Part shown: positions 39,317 through 50,091 of the stretch, one piece after another
Layout of the letters: each line of letters opens with the position of its first letter
Numbering within the stretch: the stretch's first letter is position 1
Origin: Spirochaetia bacterium
GTDB taxonomy: Bacteria; Spirochaetota; Spirochaetia; SZUA-6; Bin103
Length of the DNA: 64,000 nucleotides
Direction of reading: 5' to 3'
Assembly: GCA_965203905.1 (NCBI GenBank)
Contig: CBDBDQ010000005.1
Location: 7,552,001 to 7,616,000 of the forward strand
The notes under the pieces: generated by a model
What the model was told of the DNA's origin: nothing
Databases searched by the model: none
What the model saw: only the letters and a program-made list of their open reading frames with translations
Made by a program: the position numbers and the translations under genes

Positions 39317-39343
39317 CGAGGGGAGCGAGACTCGCTCCCCTCG
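39317..39343. terminator. GC-rich hairpin between SBP and permease (stabiliser or attenuator)
   Basis: CGAGGGGAGCGA-GAC-TCGCTCCCCTCG perfect inverted repeat; no U-tract. Confidence 0.55.
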
Positions 39344-39365
39344 CACTAGACCTCAGGAAACCTGC

Positions 39366-41345
39366 TCAGGACTTGAGAAAGTAGATACTGGGCCGCCCCT
39401 TGTCACCGCCGCGGTCGAACGGCAGCGCCTCTCTGGGCCAGTTCTCCAGCCGTGAGCTGTATATCTTGTAGTAACCGGACGATTTGACGGTCCCGATGGT
39501 CCACAGATTGTCAGCCGCGATGTCGGCGATCCGCTGCCAGTTTGCCGTGAGCACGTCAGGATCGATGGAAGCCAGACCTTCCGTGTACAGCGCCAGCGCT
39601 TCCTGCAAGTCGGGTGGGGGCGCTTCGCCCTGCTCACCGTCCGATACCCACCACTGCTGCCACAGGGGAGCCCAGGCGGCGTCGAACGAGTCGACCGGCA
39701 CCACGTTCGAGGCGTAGGGCCCGGTCCAGATGAACCCTTCACCGCCCATTCCCGGACCGCCCATGATGATGGCGTCCAGCTCGTTGCCCTTGATCAACTG
39801 ATACGCCTGCCCGCCATTCATGGCGCGCAGGTTCACATCCACGCCGACCGCCTTCAGGTCGTCCGCGATCAGCTCCGCTATGCGGTCCTGCCTGCCACCG
39901 TACGTTACCAGGTTGATCTGCAGCTTCTCGCCATCGGGCCGCACCAGGATGCCGTCTTCACCCTCCTCCAGACCGATCTCCGCGAGCAGCGCCCGGGCCT
40001 TGTCCGGGTCATGCTCCAACGCGGTATGAGCGAGTCCTTCGTGGTAGTAGACACTGTTCTCCCAGGGCGCGGCCTGCCACGGCTCGGTGAGCCCATAGTA
40101 TATCAGTTGATTGATCTGCTCCCGGTTGATGGCATGAGATGCCGCGAAGCGAAACCGCTTGTCTCTGAAGATCTCTCTCAAGACCGGATCCTGGTGGGTC
40201 AGGTTGAACTGCAGGCCAGCCTCCACGAAGGTGGTATTGGCGTACTTCATGGGGACGATCTTGTCCCCGCCTTCCCCTTCCGTGGCCAGGCTGTAGGTCT
40301 CGAAGTCGACGCCCGCAAGATCCAGCTCGCCGGCCAGCGCCTTCAGGTTGACGACCTCGCGATCGAGTCCCGTAAAGCGGTAGAGCTCGTCTATATAAGG
40401 AAGCTGATTGCCGGCCGGATCGACCGCCCAGAAGTAGGCGTTGCGCCTCATGACGATGTCATCCGGAGCGCCCTGAACCAGCACCCAGGGCAGCAGGATC
40501 GGCCGCTCCGTGTTGTGCGTGCCGCCGGTATCGGTCATGTGTGCGAACAGCTTCAGCCATGACTCGAAGCCCTCTTCCTTCACCAGCTCATCCAGCTCGT
40601 CCTTGTCCGCATAGGTCGGATGGTATTGCTTCCAGTACTCGCGCTGGAAGCCGGCCACCGCTTTCCCCGCCCAGACGTAGAACAATACCAGCGTGGGCCG
40701 GGAAAACACGAACTGCACGGTGTAGTCGTCAATCTTTCTGACGTCTTCCCAGATACCCGAGTTTTGTTGCGATCGCGTATAGAAGGCGGGAGCCTCTTCC
40801 ATGGTGTAGACGTCTTCCCACCAGAACAGGATGTCGTCGGCGGTAAAGGGACTTCCATCGGACCACCTGGTGCCCTCGCGAAGGTGTATGGTCCAGACGC
40901 TGCCGCCTTCGCTCTTCACGATCTCCTTCGCCAGATTCGGATAGATGTTGTATTCCCAACTGTGTTGGGGAACAGCCAATCCGTAGAGGCTGTAGGGTTC
41001 TGCCCCGTAGGTTTTGGCGGCCCACGGCCCAGCCATGAACATCGTGCCGCCATAGGTTCCGATCTTTTTCCCCAGCACGAGGGGCTCCAACGGGAGGCGT
41101 TCGGCGACCGCTGGAAGCACTCCTGCAGCCACCCTCTCGGCGAGCATGGGAGCCTCCTTGAACTCGCCTACCGTATTCCCGGTGGCCGCCTCATAGGCGG
41201 CCGGCGTGGCCCAGTGATAGGTGTCACCGGCAACCTCGACATATTCCTCGGCGACAGCGGCAGACTGCTCCGCCTCCGGCGCTGCGAACGCGGCCATGCC
41301 GGCAGCGCCAAGCAGAAGAACGCCAAACCATATAACTTTTCTCAT
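39366..41345 (-). CDS. Family-5 ABC solute-binding protein
   Basis: Signal peptide; EAPMLAERVAAGVLP.VAERLP, RWSDGSPFTADD, GNQLPYIDE. Confidence 0.93.
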   Translation of the reverse strand: MRKVIWFGVLLLGAAGMAAFAAPEAEQSAAVAEEYVEVAGDTYHWATPAAYEAATGNTVGEFKEAPMLAERVAAGVLPAVAERLPLEPLVLGKKIGTYGGTMFMAGPWAAKTYGAEPYSLYGLAVPQHSWEYNIYPNLAKEIVKSEGGSVWTIHLREGTRWSDGSPFTADDILFWWEDVYTMEEAPAFYTRSQQNSGIWEDVRKIDDYTVQFVFSRPTLVLFYVWAGKAVAGFQREYWKQYHPTYADKDELDELVKEEGFESWLKLFAHMTDTGGTHNTERPILLPWVLVQGAPDDIVMRRNAYFWAVDPAGNQLPYIDELYRFTGLDREVVNLKALAGELDLAGVDFETYSLATEGEGGDKIVPMKYANTTFVEAGLQFNLTHQDPVLREIFRDKRFRFAASHAINREQINQLIYYGLTEPWQAAPWENSVYYHEGLAHTALEHDPDKARALLAEIGLEEGEDGILVRPDGEKLQINLVTYGGRQDRIAELIADDLKAVGVDVNLRAMNGGQAYQLIKGNELDAIIMGGPGMGGEGFIWTGPYASNVVPVDSFDAAWAPLWQQWWVSDGEQGEAPPPDLQEALALYTEGLASIDPDVLTANWQRIADIAADNLWTIGTVKSSGYYKIYSSRLENWPREALPFDRGGDKGRPSIYFLKS

Positions 41346-41662
41346 CGCAATTGCTCCTACGACGATGTGGTGTGCGTGGACACCTCACGGCGAGAATCGG
41401 ATGTTCCCGCGACGACAGTCGGAGTGGTGGTCATTCAGCGCATGGTCCTCCTTGCTGCACTGCCTGATGCAGAGGAGTTCATCGTAGCGACAACACGGCG
41501 GGGGCGGGAAGAAGCGATAGTCCGAACAGGTCGTCGAGTCCGGAACCATGGGACGCCGTCCTGCGTGCAACCGGTCATCCATCCTATTGCACCTCCGGCC
41601 GACCGTCAACGAGATGGACCGGGAACGACTTCACGCACATGGTCCGACCGACGTCGCTCACT

Positions 41663-42700
41663 TCATCCTACTTCGACTCTGGATCCCTCCGAGCGCAGCG
41701 CAGCTTCGTATACGCGCATCAGATTCAGCGTGAATTCCAGCGTACCTCGCCGCGCCGGCCGAGCCGCCAGGGCACAGTCACAGAAGTAGCGCATCTCGTG
41801 GAAAAAGCCCTGGGTGAACAGTGCCTTGTTCTCCAGCGTGGCCAGGGTATTCTGCGGCTCCCACACCACCGCCCCCGAGTCGATGCCCTCCGGGACGAAA
41901 CTAGTCGTGCGCCCATAGGTGAAGGGTATGCCGCGCCGCACCGTGACCCGGGAACCGTTGTCGATGGTAACGTGCCACCTGCCCCAGAACGAGTAGTGCT
42001 CCAGCGGCGGCGTCGGCCCCGCGATGAGGCTCAAGGCACCTACCGCGCCATTGGCAAACTCCAGCACGCAGCTACCCTGCCGCCACGGCGTCGGGTGCAT
42101 GGCCACCGCCACGACTTCGCCACCCACCGCGAGCATCAGCGCCAGCGGGTGGCAGACCTGGGCGAACGAGTTGGGCAGCCGCGTATCGGCCAGAATCGCC
42201 GCACCATGCTCGGGCAGCCGCTGGCGGTATTCCGCCGCCATACCCTGCAGCGGCCCACCCTCCTCGCCGCCCATGATCTCGATCACCTTGCGCGTGGCCG
42301 GCAGAAACGCCTTCTTCAGCCCCACCACTACGACCCGGTCGCCGCGATGCGCGAGCATGGTCTCGACTTCCGCGGCGCGGAACGCCACCGGCTTCTCCAC
42401 CCACACGTGGAGGCCGGCGTCCAGCGCCTCGCAGACCAGCTCGGGGTGCTGCCGTGGGGACACGCTCAGGAACACGGCATCCAGCTCTTCGTTGCGATAC
42501 ATCTCGGCAGCGTTGCCGTAGCAGGCCTGTACGCGGTACTCGTCGGCGGTGTGCCGGGCCAACTCCAGGTCCCGATCGCAGAGCGCCTTGAGCCGCACCG
42601 GCAAGTAGTGCAGCGCAGGCAGAATGTTGCGATAGCCGTGTGCGCCCACGCCCACCACGGCGACGTTCAGGCGCCGCTCGAACTCACGCTGGTAGCTCAT
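41663..42700 (-). CDS. Gfo/Idh/MocA oxidoreductase
   Basis: [17 protein letters not shown]. Confidence 0.9.
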   Translation of the reverse strand: MSYQREFERRLNVAVVGVGAHGYRNILPALHYLPVRLKALCDRDLELARHTADEYRVQACYGNAAEMYRNEELDAVFLSVSPRQHPELVCEALDAGLHVWVEKPVAFRAAEVETMLAHRGDRVVVVGLKKAFLPATRKVIEIMGGEEGGPLQGMAAEYRQRLPEHGAAILADTRLPNSFAQVCHPLALMLAVGGEVVAVAMHPTPWRQGSCVLEFANGAVGALSLIAGPTPPLEHYSFWGRWHVTIDNGSRVTVRRGIPFTYGRTTSFVPEGIDSGAVVWEPQNTLATLENKALFTQGFFHEMRYFCDCALAARPARRGTLEFTLNLMRVYEAALRSEGSRVEVG

Positions 42701-42875
42701 CGTCTGGCTGTCTGGATACTGTCACAGAACAGCTCCCGTCGGCGCAACCTGGAGTATTCCACGGCGCACCTTCAACTCCGATTCAACTCCGCCGGCAAGG
42801 TTGACAGACACCAACAGCGTGACATGGTCAAAGGCTGTGTGCGAGCACACAAATCATCCCTTAGGAGCGATTGCC

Positions 42876-44885
42876 ATGAGTAAGGGTCCATGGTTCGTTT
42901 CCGGGCTGCTTCTGGTAGCCGGGGCGGCTGCTTTCGGAGCGGCCGAGGCAGAACCGGCCGCGGCTTCCGTAATGGACGACTACGAGCCCGGTCAAGTCTA
43001 TCATTGGGCAACTCCCGCCGACTATGAGAGGGCTACCGGCAAACCTGTAGGCCCGTTCAAGGAGGCTCCGATGCTCAGTGAACGGGTCGCCGCGGGAGTG
43101 CTTCCACCGGTAGAGGAAAGACTCCCCAAGGAGCCTCTGGTGCTGGGGAAACAGATCGGAACCTATGGCGGCACGCTGTTCATGGCCAGCCCGTGGCGCG
43201 CCAAGACCTATGGCGCAGAGCCCTACAGCCTCTTCGGATTGCGTATTCCCTCCTACGGCTGGGTCTATGAAATGTATCCCAATCTGGCCAAGAGCGCCGT
43301 TGCGACGGAAGGAGGTCGCGTCTGGACCTTACAGCTCCGCGAGGGAACCAGGTGGTCGGACGGCGAACCGTTCAACGCCGACGACATCATATTCTGGTGG
43401 GAAGACGTCTACACCATGGACGAGGCGCCCGCCTTCTACACCCGCGCGCAACAGAATTCGGGCGTCTACAAAGACGTAAGAAGGATCGACGACTACACCG
43501 TGGTGTTCGAGTTCACCACGCCCTCCAACGTCATGTTCTACGTATGGGCAGGGAAAGCCCTTGCGGGATTCGCCGAACACTACTGGAAACAGTTCCATCC
43601 GAGACACGCAGATCAGGAGACCTTGGATGATCTGGTAAAGGAAGGCGGCTTCGAGTCCTGGCTGAAGCTGTTCGCCTACATGACCGATACCGACGGTGCG
43701 CACAATACGGAGCGACCAATCCTGCTGCCATGGGTCCTGGTGCAAGGTGCGGGTGGGTCACGGCGCCACGACAGCGGTCCTCCAGGTGACATCATCATGA
43801 CGCGAAACCCCTACTACTGGGCCGTGGATCCCGCGGGAAATCAGCTTCCCTATATCGATGAGCTGTACCGATTCGGAACTCTGGAGCGGGAAGTCGTCAA
43901 TCTGAAGGCTCTGGCTGGTGAGTTGGACATGGCCATGGTCGATGTGGATACCTACAACCTGGCAAAGGAAAGGGAAGACCAGGGCAAGATACTGGCCATG
44001 AACTACAAGGATACGGTGTTCGTGGCTGCCGGGCTGATGTTCAACATGAATCACCAGGATCCGGTCCTGCGAGAGATATTCTCGGACAAACGCTTTCGAT
44101 TCGCTGCATCTCATGCCATCAACCGGGAACAGATCAATCAGCTCGTATTCTTCGGTACTGCCGAGCCATGGCAGGCGGCGCCATGGGAGGACAGCTCCGA
44201 CTACCATGAGAGACTTGCGCACACGGCACTAGAGTACGATCCGGAGAAGGCGAGCTCACTGCTGGCTGACATGGGACTGCAGCAATCGGCAGACGGCATC
44301 TGGATGCGCCCCGATGGGAAAGAACTGAAGATCAACCTGGTGTCCTACGAGTCACGCGACAACGTCCGAATAGCGGAGCTGATAGCAGATGATCTGAACG
44401 CACTCGGATTGAGTGTCAACCTGAGGATTGTGACGGGCAGTCTGGCCTATCAGCTCATCAAGGGCAACGAGCTGGACGCCTTTATCATGGGCGGCCCGGG
44501 GATGGGTCAGGAAGGACTGATATTTGCCGGACCGTTCGCCGGCGCCGTCGTACCGGCCGATGACTTCAACTCCGCCTGGGCTCCTCTCTGGCAGCAGTGG
44601 TACGAATCACACGGCGAAAAAGGAGAGGAGCCGATTCCCGAGGTAAAGCGGGCAATGGAGCTCTATCGCGCGATCCTGGTTGACGTCGATCCGGTGGCGC
44701 GAAGAGAGAAGTGGATGGAGATCGCGGACATAGCGGCGGACAATCTGTGGAGCATAGGGACCGTCAAGTGGCCAGGTTACTACAAGATATACAGTTCACG
44801 TCTGGGGAACTGGCCGAGACAGCCACTGGCCTGGGATCGTGGCGGCGACAAGGGCCGTCCCGAGATCTATTTTCTCAAGAAGTAA
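42876..44885 (+). CDS. Family-5 ABC solute-binding protein (paralog of 39366-41345)
   Basis: RBS AGGAG; same motifs; long identical peptide blocks. Confidence 0.93.
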   Translation: MSKGPWFVSGLLLVAGAAAFGAAEAEPAAASVMDDYEPGQVYHWATPADYERATGKPVGPFKEAPMLSERVAAGVLPPVEERLPKEPLVLGKQIGTYGGTLFMASPWRAKTYGAEPYSLFGLRIPSYGWVYEMYPNLAKSAVATEGGRVWTLQLREGTRWSDGEPFNADDIIFWWEDVYTMDEAPAFYTRAQQNSGVYKDVRRIDDYTVVFEFTTPSNVMFYVWAGKALAGFAEHYWKQFHPRHADQETLDDLVKEGGFESWLKLFAYMTDTDGAHNTERPILLPWVLVQGAGGSRRHDSGPPGDIIMTRNPYYWAVDPAGNQLPYIDELYRFGTLEREVVNLKALAGELDMAMVDVDTYNLAKEREDQGKILAMNYKDTVFVAAGLMFNMNHQDPVLREIFSDKRFRFAASHAINREQINQLVFFGTAEPWQAAPWEDSSDYHERLAHTALEYDPEKASSLLADMGLQQSADGIWMRPDGKELKINLVSYESRDNVRIAELIADDLNALGLSVNLRIVTGSLAYQLIKGNELDAFIMGGPGMGQEGLIFAGPFAGAVVPADDFNSAWAPLWQQWYESHGEKGEEPIPEVKRAMELYRAILVDVDPVARREKWMEIADIAADNLWSIGTVKWPGYYKIYSSRLGNWPRQPLAWDRGGDKGRPEIYFLKK

Positions 44886-44908
44886 GAGCACCTTGGTAAC
44901 CGTTCAGA

Positions 44909-44931
44909 AGGGGAACAGTTATTGTTCCCCT
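44909..44931. terminator. Hairpin between convergent genes
   Basis: AGGGGAACAG-TTA-TTGTTCCCCT. Confidence 0.55.
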
Positions 44932-44942
44932 CCAGCAGCGGC

Positions 44943-46465
44943 TCAGCCCTTCTGGGGCAGGTATTTTTCGATTCTCGGCGCCGGCTGCTGCACCCGCCCA
45001 TTGGCACCATCGCTGGCGCACAGCATGTGATCCGCGAGAAGTTGCAGCAGCCGTGCCTTGGTCGCGGCGTGAGCCGAGTCGCTCCAGAGGTTGACCTGCT
45101 CGTGCCGATCGCTGTTCCGGTCGTAGAGCTCACCATAAGTGTCACCAGCGTACACCGTGAGCTTCCAGTTGGCCGTGGTAAGGGTGCGCAACCGTAGCGC
45201 CGCCATGTCGTCGTCGTTCTCGGTCAGCGCGGCGTCCCGGAGCCAGGCGCCAGGGTCGTTCAGCCCCGACACCATGGAGAAACCCTGGAGCGCGTCCGGC
45301 TCTGCGATTCCGCTCAGCTCCAACAGGGTCGGCGCGACATCCACCAGAGAGCTGATCTGATCAACGCGGTTGGCCACGGGAATACCGGGCCCGCGCATCA
45401 GCAGCGGTGTGCGCAACACGCAGTCGTAGTGGAGCCCCTTCCCGTGGAGACCATAGTCGCCAAGATAGTCGCCGTGATCGCTGGCAAACACCACGACGGT
45501 ATTGTCAGCCAGACCTGACCGCTGAAGAGATTCGAGCACGCCCCCGATACAGTCATCGAGCAAGGTGATCATACCGGCCGTGATGGCGCGAGCCACACGG
45601 TAATCTTCTTCGGTGTACGTGTGGAACGGGAGCGGCGGCATGCCGAGGATGCGTTCCGCGTACCGGCCCTCCGGACTCCGATAGGCCGATGTCTTCCCCT
45701 CGTACGCTTCCACGCCGGCCGGCGGCGGATCCACACACTCGGAGATGGGGGCAAGCGGCACCGGCATCTCTTCCGGATCGTACATGCTCGCGTACGGTTC
45801 GGGCACCGTGAACGGGTGGTGCGGATCGGGAAAGGAGCAATACAGGAAAAAGGGCGCGCCACGGTCTTTCGCCCGCTGCAGGTATTCTACCGACCGTTCG
45901 GCGATGTAGCGGCTGGGATGGGCCTCCGGTGGGAAAGGCCACCGCAAGCAGGTCGGAATAGCGCAGAGCAGCTCCCGGTGCTTGCGGCGCTGATCGAGGT
46001 CCGGCACCCGCTCGCGCACCCACGGGGTGTAGCCCTGGCCAAGGCGGGTAATCCGCCATTGACCAGATCCACCTGCTGGAAGCCGTAGTAATCATGTGAG
46101 CCATCGGCCCGGCGGGTGGCCTCTACCGCATCAAGTTCAGCTCCTTGCGGGACGAAGTGGACCTTGCCGATGGCCGCGGTGCGATAACCGGCACTTGCCA
46201 GCACGCGTGGCAGCAGCCGAGGGTCGTCCGGGGTCACACAACCAACCATGCGACTGCGCAGCGCCGAAGGGAAGCACCCGCTGAGCAGGCTCGCCCGGCT
46301 GGGCGTGCAGGTTGGCTGCGTCACCATGCACTGAGAGAACCGGGTACCGCTTTCGGCCAGGCGATCCAGGTTTGGCGTCTTGATGACTTCGTTGCCGAAA
46401 CATCCCAGAGCATCGGCGCGCATCTGGTCCACGAGAATCATGAGGATGTTCGGTCGGTCTGGCAT
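44943..46465 (-). pseudogene. Sulfatase with one frameshift (about 46050)
   Basis: PNILMILVDQMR, CTPSRASLLSG, GKVH; second frame SFPDPHHP, SDHGDYLG; TTGACA/TATAGT promoter upstream. The shift could be a sequencing error. Confidence 0.85.
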
Positions 46466-46585
46466 GCGATTCGCTCCCAACGACAGGTCTCGACTATAAG
46501 CGCACGCAGGCTCATGTCAAATCGACGTACGTATACGTACTTCCCACGCTTCCCACCCGGCGAGCCGCCGGCGTACGCTGGGGGC

Positions 46586-47557
46586 GTGTCCGAGCACCGG
46601 CTTCCCACCAGCGACGAGATCGACGCGGCGGCGCAGATCGTGTACCGCACCATGCCGCCCACGCCGCAGTACCGCTGGCCGCTGCTGGAGGAGCGGGCCG
46701 GGTGCACGGTGTGGGTGAAGCACGAGAATCACACCCCGATCGGCTCGTTCAAGCTGCGCGGGGCACTGGTTGCGGTCGACCGGCTGCGGCGGGCGCGGCC
46801 GGCGGTGACGGGCATCATTGCCGCCACCCGCGGCAACTACGGGCAGAGCATTGCCTGCGCGGCGCGGGCGGCGGGCCTCTCCGCCACCGTGGTGGTGCCG
46901 CACGGCAACAGCCGCGAGAAGAACGCCGCGATGCGCGCATTCGGCGCCCGGCTGGTGGAGCACGGCAGCGACTTCGACGAGGCCCTGGCCCACGGCAAGC
47001 GCCTCGCCGCGCGCGACGGGCTGCACCTGATGCCGTCGTTCAACCTGGACCTGGTGCCGGGGACGGCGACCTACGCGGCGGAGCTGTTCCGCGCCGTGCC
47101 CGACCTGGATGCGGTATACGTCCCGATCGGCCTCGGCTCGGGGATCTGCGGGGTGCTGGCGGCGCGTGACGCAATGGCGCCGACCTGCACCGTGATCGGG
47201 GTGGTGGCGGAGGCGCTACCGACCTACCAACTGTCGTTCGCCGCCGGAGAGCCGCGGGCTACCGGCGCGGGGGAGACGATCGCGGACGGGCTCGCGGTGC
47301 GCAACCCGGACCCGGTATCGCTGGCACTGATGCTGGACGGGGTGGAACGGGTGGTCGCGGTCTCCGAGGCCGAGTTGCGGGCGGCGATGCGCGCCTACTA
47401 CACCGACACCCACAACGTGGCCGAGGGCGCCGCCGCCGGCCCGCTGGCCGCGCTGTTGAACGAGCGCGAGATGATGCGCGGCCGCCGCGTCGCCCTGGTG
47501 CTCTCCGGCGGCAACATCGACCGCGATTTGTTCGCAGCAGTGCTTACCGGCCCCTGA
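46586..47557 (+). CDS. PLP-dependent threonine/serine dehydratase-family protein
   Basis: KHENHTPIGSFKLRG, TRGNYG, PIGLGSG, LSGGN. Confidence 0.92.
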   Translation: MSEHRLPTSDEIDAAAQIVYRTMPPTPQYRWPLLEERAGCTVWVKHENHTPIGSFKLRGALVAVDRLRRARPAVTGIIAATRGNYGQSIACAARAAGLSATVVVPHGNSREKNAAMRAFGARLVEHGSDFDEALAHGKRLAARDGLHLMPSFNLDLVPGTATYAAELFRAVPDLDAVYVPIGLGSGICGVLAARDAMAPTCTVIGVVAEALPTYQLSFAAGEPRATGAGETIADGLAVRNPDPVSLALMLDGVERVVAVSEAELRAAMRAYYTDTHNVAEGAAAGPLAALLNEREMMRGRRVALVLSGGNIDRDLFAAVLTGP

Positions 47558-47596
47558 GCGGCCGCTCCCCCTTCGGTGTGAACGCGCGTACGCGCG

Positions 47597-47857
47597 TCAG
47601 TGTGCGTATGCCGAATCTTCTCGGGACAAGGCAGCGTACTCGTATACCGGGGTCTCAATGGTGCGTACGGGACGGTATCGCTGCCAGACCGCTCGCTGCA
47701 AGCGCTCTACAGTGTCGGGCGAATAAAACCTCTCACCAGTCTCGATGTTGACACGTGCCGGCACGTTCTCGACCAGAACGAGCTTCCCCGCGACCTCAAT
47801 GTGATACGTGACCATTCTCTCCTCCAGTGGCTCGTTCCAGGCATCCTCATCCCGCAT
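47597..47857 (-). CDS. YgiT/MqsA-like antitoxin (Cys-less variant)
   Basis: VLVENVPARVNIETGERFYSPDTVERLQ...TPVYEY. Confidence 0.8.
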   Translation of the reverse strand: MRDEDAWNEPLEERMVTYHIEVAGKLVLVENVPARVNIETGERFYSPDTVERLQRAVWQRYRPVRTIETPVYEYAALSREDSAYAH

Positions 47858-47858
47858 C

Positions 47859-47935
47859 CTATTGTCTCCTCGTTTTGAGATCGATCCACTTCGAGGGATC
47901 GGGTTCGTACACCGTGATCACCTTGAGCAGGGGCC
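47859..47935 (-). pseudogene. C-terminal stub of a DUF4258-type toxin
   Basis: PLLKVITVYEPDPSKWIDLKTRRQ* directly upstream of the antitoxin. Confidence 0.7.
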
Positions 47936-47969
47936 CCATTGCGCCGCGCTATGCTGATGGAAACGGTCG

Positions 47970-48674
47970 CTACCTGAGCAGCACGCCGAGGTCGCGGGTG
48001 CCGGCGTCGCAGTACCAGATCTCGTGCCCGTCGCGCACCGTCAGGCCGTGCACCTCGTCCGGCTCGGCGACGCGGAACACGTCGTGGATGCGGCCCGTCT
48101 CCGGGTCCATGGCGTGGACGGTTCCCGCGGAGGTATCCGCCACCCACAGCCGGCCGTCGCGGTTCCAGCCCAGCCCGTGCGGCCGCAGGCCCGGCAGCGG
48201 CAACGCCAAGAGCTGCTCCCAGGTGACGGCGTCCATCACGTGCAGGCGCTGCGTCGGGGGTGCCGCCACGTAGATCCTGCCGCCGCGCCACTCGATGCCG
48301 TGCGAACCCGAGCGCCTGCCGCCGCCGGCGGCCTGCTCGGCCTGCGCCGTGAGGCCGGCCCCGGGATCGGGATAACGGCCCAGCTCCCTTCCCGTACGCG
48401 GATCGATCTTCACCACCTCGAGCTGCCAGGTCGAGGTGATCCACACGTTGCCGTCGCCGTCGACGGTGATGCCGCTGGAGTGCGCGGTGGCGGTCTGGAA
48501 CTCCTGCAGCACCGCGCCGTCCGCCCAGTCCAGCAGGTACACCCGGGAGTCGACCTGGTCGATGCACCAGATCCCCACGTCCGCCGCCTGGATGCCGTTC
48601 GGTTGTGGACCGGGGCTCCTGAACCGCTTTTCGACCGCCGCCGTGTAACGCAGCCCCGGAGAGCCGTTGTTCAT
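47970..48674 (-). CDS. Beta-propeller protein (NHL/Vgb/glutaminyl-cyclase-like), function unknown
   Basis: Repeated PNGI/SSGI/SHGI/PHGL/VHGL blades; coupled to the sulfatase stop. Confidence 0.7.
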   Translation of the reverse strand: MNNGSPGLRYTAAVEKRFRSPGPQPNGIQAADVGIWCIDQVDSRVYLLDWADGAVLQEFQTATAHSSGITVDGDGNVWITSTWQLEVVKIDPRTGRELGRYPDPGAGLTAQAEQAAGGGRRSGSHGIEWRGGRIYVAAPPTQRLHVMDAVTWEQLLALPLPGLRPHGLGWNRDGRLWVADTSAGTVHAMDPETGRIHDVFRVAEPDEVHGLTVRDGHEIWYCDAGTRDLGVLLR

Positions 48675-50020
48675 GGAGAACCTCCCGCCTCGGCACGGAG
48701 CCGGTCGCACCTGCGGCGCATCTCGGCGAGCAACTCCGCGTGACGCGGGTCCGCGGCGAGGTTCACCGACTCGTGCGGGTCGGCGCGCAGGTCGTACAGC
48801 TCCTCGTAGACCGGATTCTGCTCGAAGTAGCGCAGGTACTTGGTGTCCTCGGTGCGCATTCCCTCGCTCTTGGGGATGTCGGAGCGCTCGAACAGGTGCT
48901 CGCAGAAGAACTCGGTGCGCCAGTCGGCGGCCGGCTCGTCCTCGAACAGCGGCACCAGGCTGCGTCCCTGCACCGGCTCCGGTATCGGCACCCCGGCCAA
49001 CTCCAGGATGGTGGGGGCCACGTCGAGGTTCAGTACCATCTCCTGGCGCAGCCAGCCGCCGGGATCGCGGCGCGGGTCGCAGATGATCAGCGGTACCCGC
49101 AGCGGCTGCTCGTTCAACTGCCAGCAGTCGCTCAGGCCGCGCTCGCCGTAGTACATGCCGTGATCGGAAGCGAAGATGATGACGGTGTTCTGCGCCAGCG
49201 CGTGGCGCTCCAGGGCGGCGACGATGCGCCCGACGTTGCGGTCCACGCCGCTGACCATGCGGTACAGCCCCTTGAGGTGACGCTGGTAGTGCTCAGCGCT
49301 GTCGAAACGCGTGTGCCAGCGCACCCGGCTCTCCGACTCGCGGATGAAGCGCGGCAGCGCGGCGAAGAACGCCGGATCGGCATTCACCGGCTCGGGGATG
49401 ACCGCATCCTGGTAGAGCCCATCCTCGGACTCCGGCCAGATGTAGTGGCGCGGGTCGCCGTCCTGGGCGTGGGGAGCGTTGAAGCTCACCGACAGGCAGA
49501 ACGGCTGTCGCGCTCCGGCGGCAGCGTGGCGGTCGACGAATGCCACCGCCTTGTCGCCGGTGATGTCGGTGAGATGGCGTATCCCCCCGTCCGGCTGGCG
49601 GATCTCGTACCCTTCTTCGTTCCAGTGCTCGTAGTTGTCGAAGTGATCGAACATCTTCTCCAGGCCGCCGGGATCTTCCAGTGACGGCTCGATGCCGTTG
49701 ACGGCGACTCCGAACTTGCCGATGAAGCCGGTGTGGTAGCCGGCCGCCTTCAGCAGCGCCGGGTAGCTGATGGCGCTGAACTCCCGACGCAACGGCGGAG
49801 TGAGGAAGGTGAACCGGTGGCGGCGCTCGTACAGCCCGGTGAGGTAGCTGGCGCGGCTGGCGGCACAGATCGGGGTGGTGGCGAAGGCGTTGGCGAAGCG
49901 CACCCCGCGGTACCCCAGCAGGTCGAGGTTCGGGGTGTGGATGATGCGGTTGCCGGCGCAGCCCACCAGGTCGGCGCGCTGGTTGTCGGTCAGCAGAAAG
50001 ACGATGTTGGGGCGGCTCAT
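48671..50020 (-). CDS. Sulfatase
   Basis: RPNIVFLLTDNQR, CAASRASYLTG, SFNAPH, SDHG, EELYDL. Confidence 0.93.
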   Translation of the reverse strand: MSRPNIVFLLTDNQRADLVGCAGNRIIHTPNLDLLGYRGVRFANAFATTPICAASRASYLTGLYERRHRFTFLTPPLRREFSAISYPALLKAAGYHTGFIGKFGVAVNGIEPSLEDPGGLEKMFDHFDNYEHWNEEGYEIRQPDGGIRHLTDITGDKAVAFVDRHAAAGARQPFCLSVSFNAPHAQDGDPRHYIWPESEDGLYQDAVIPEPVNADPAFFAALPRFIRESESRVRWHTRFDSAEHYQRHLKGLYRMVSGVDRNVGRIVAALERHALAQNTVIIFASDHGMYYGERGLSDCWQLNEQPLRVPLIICDPRRDPGGWLRQEMVLNLDVAPTILELAGVPIPEPVQGRSLVPLFEDEPAADWRTEFFCEHLFERSDIPKSEGMRTEDTKYLRYFEQNPVYEELYDLRADPHESVNLAADPRHAELLAEMRRRCDRLRAEAGGSP

Positions 50021-50091
50021 GACAGTTGCTTCAGCGTAGTCCACCGGGCGCCCGCCGTCGAGCCGGCCAGGGCGCCGTCGGCGCCGCGCAG

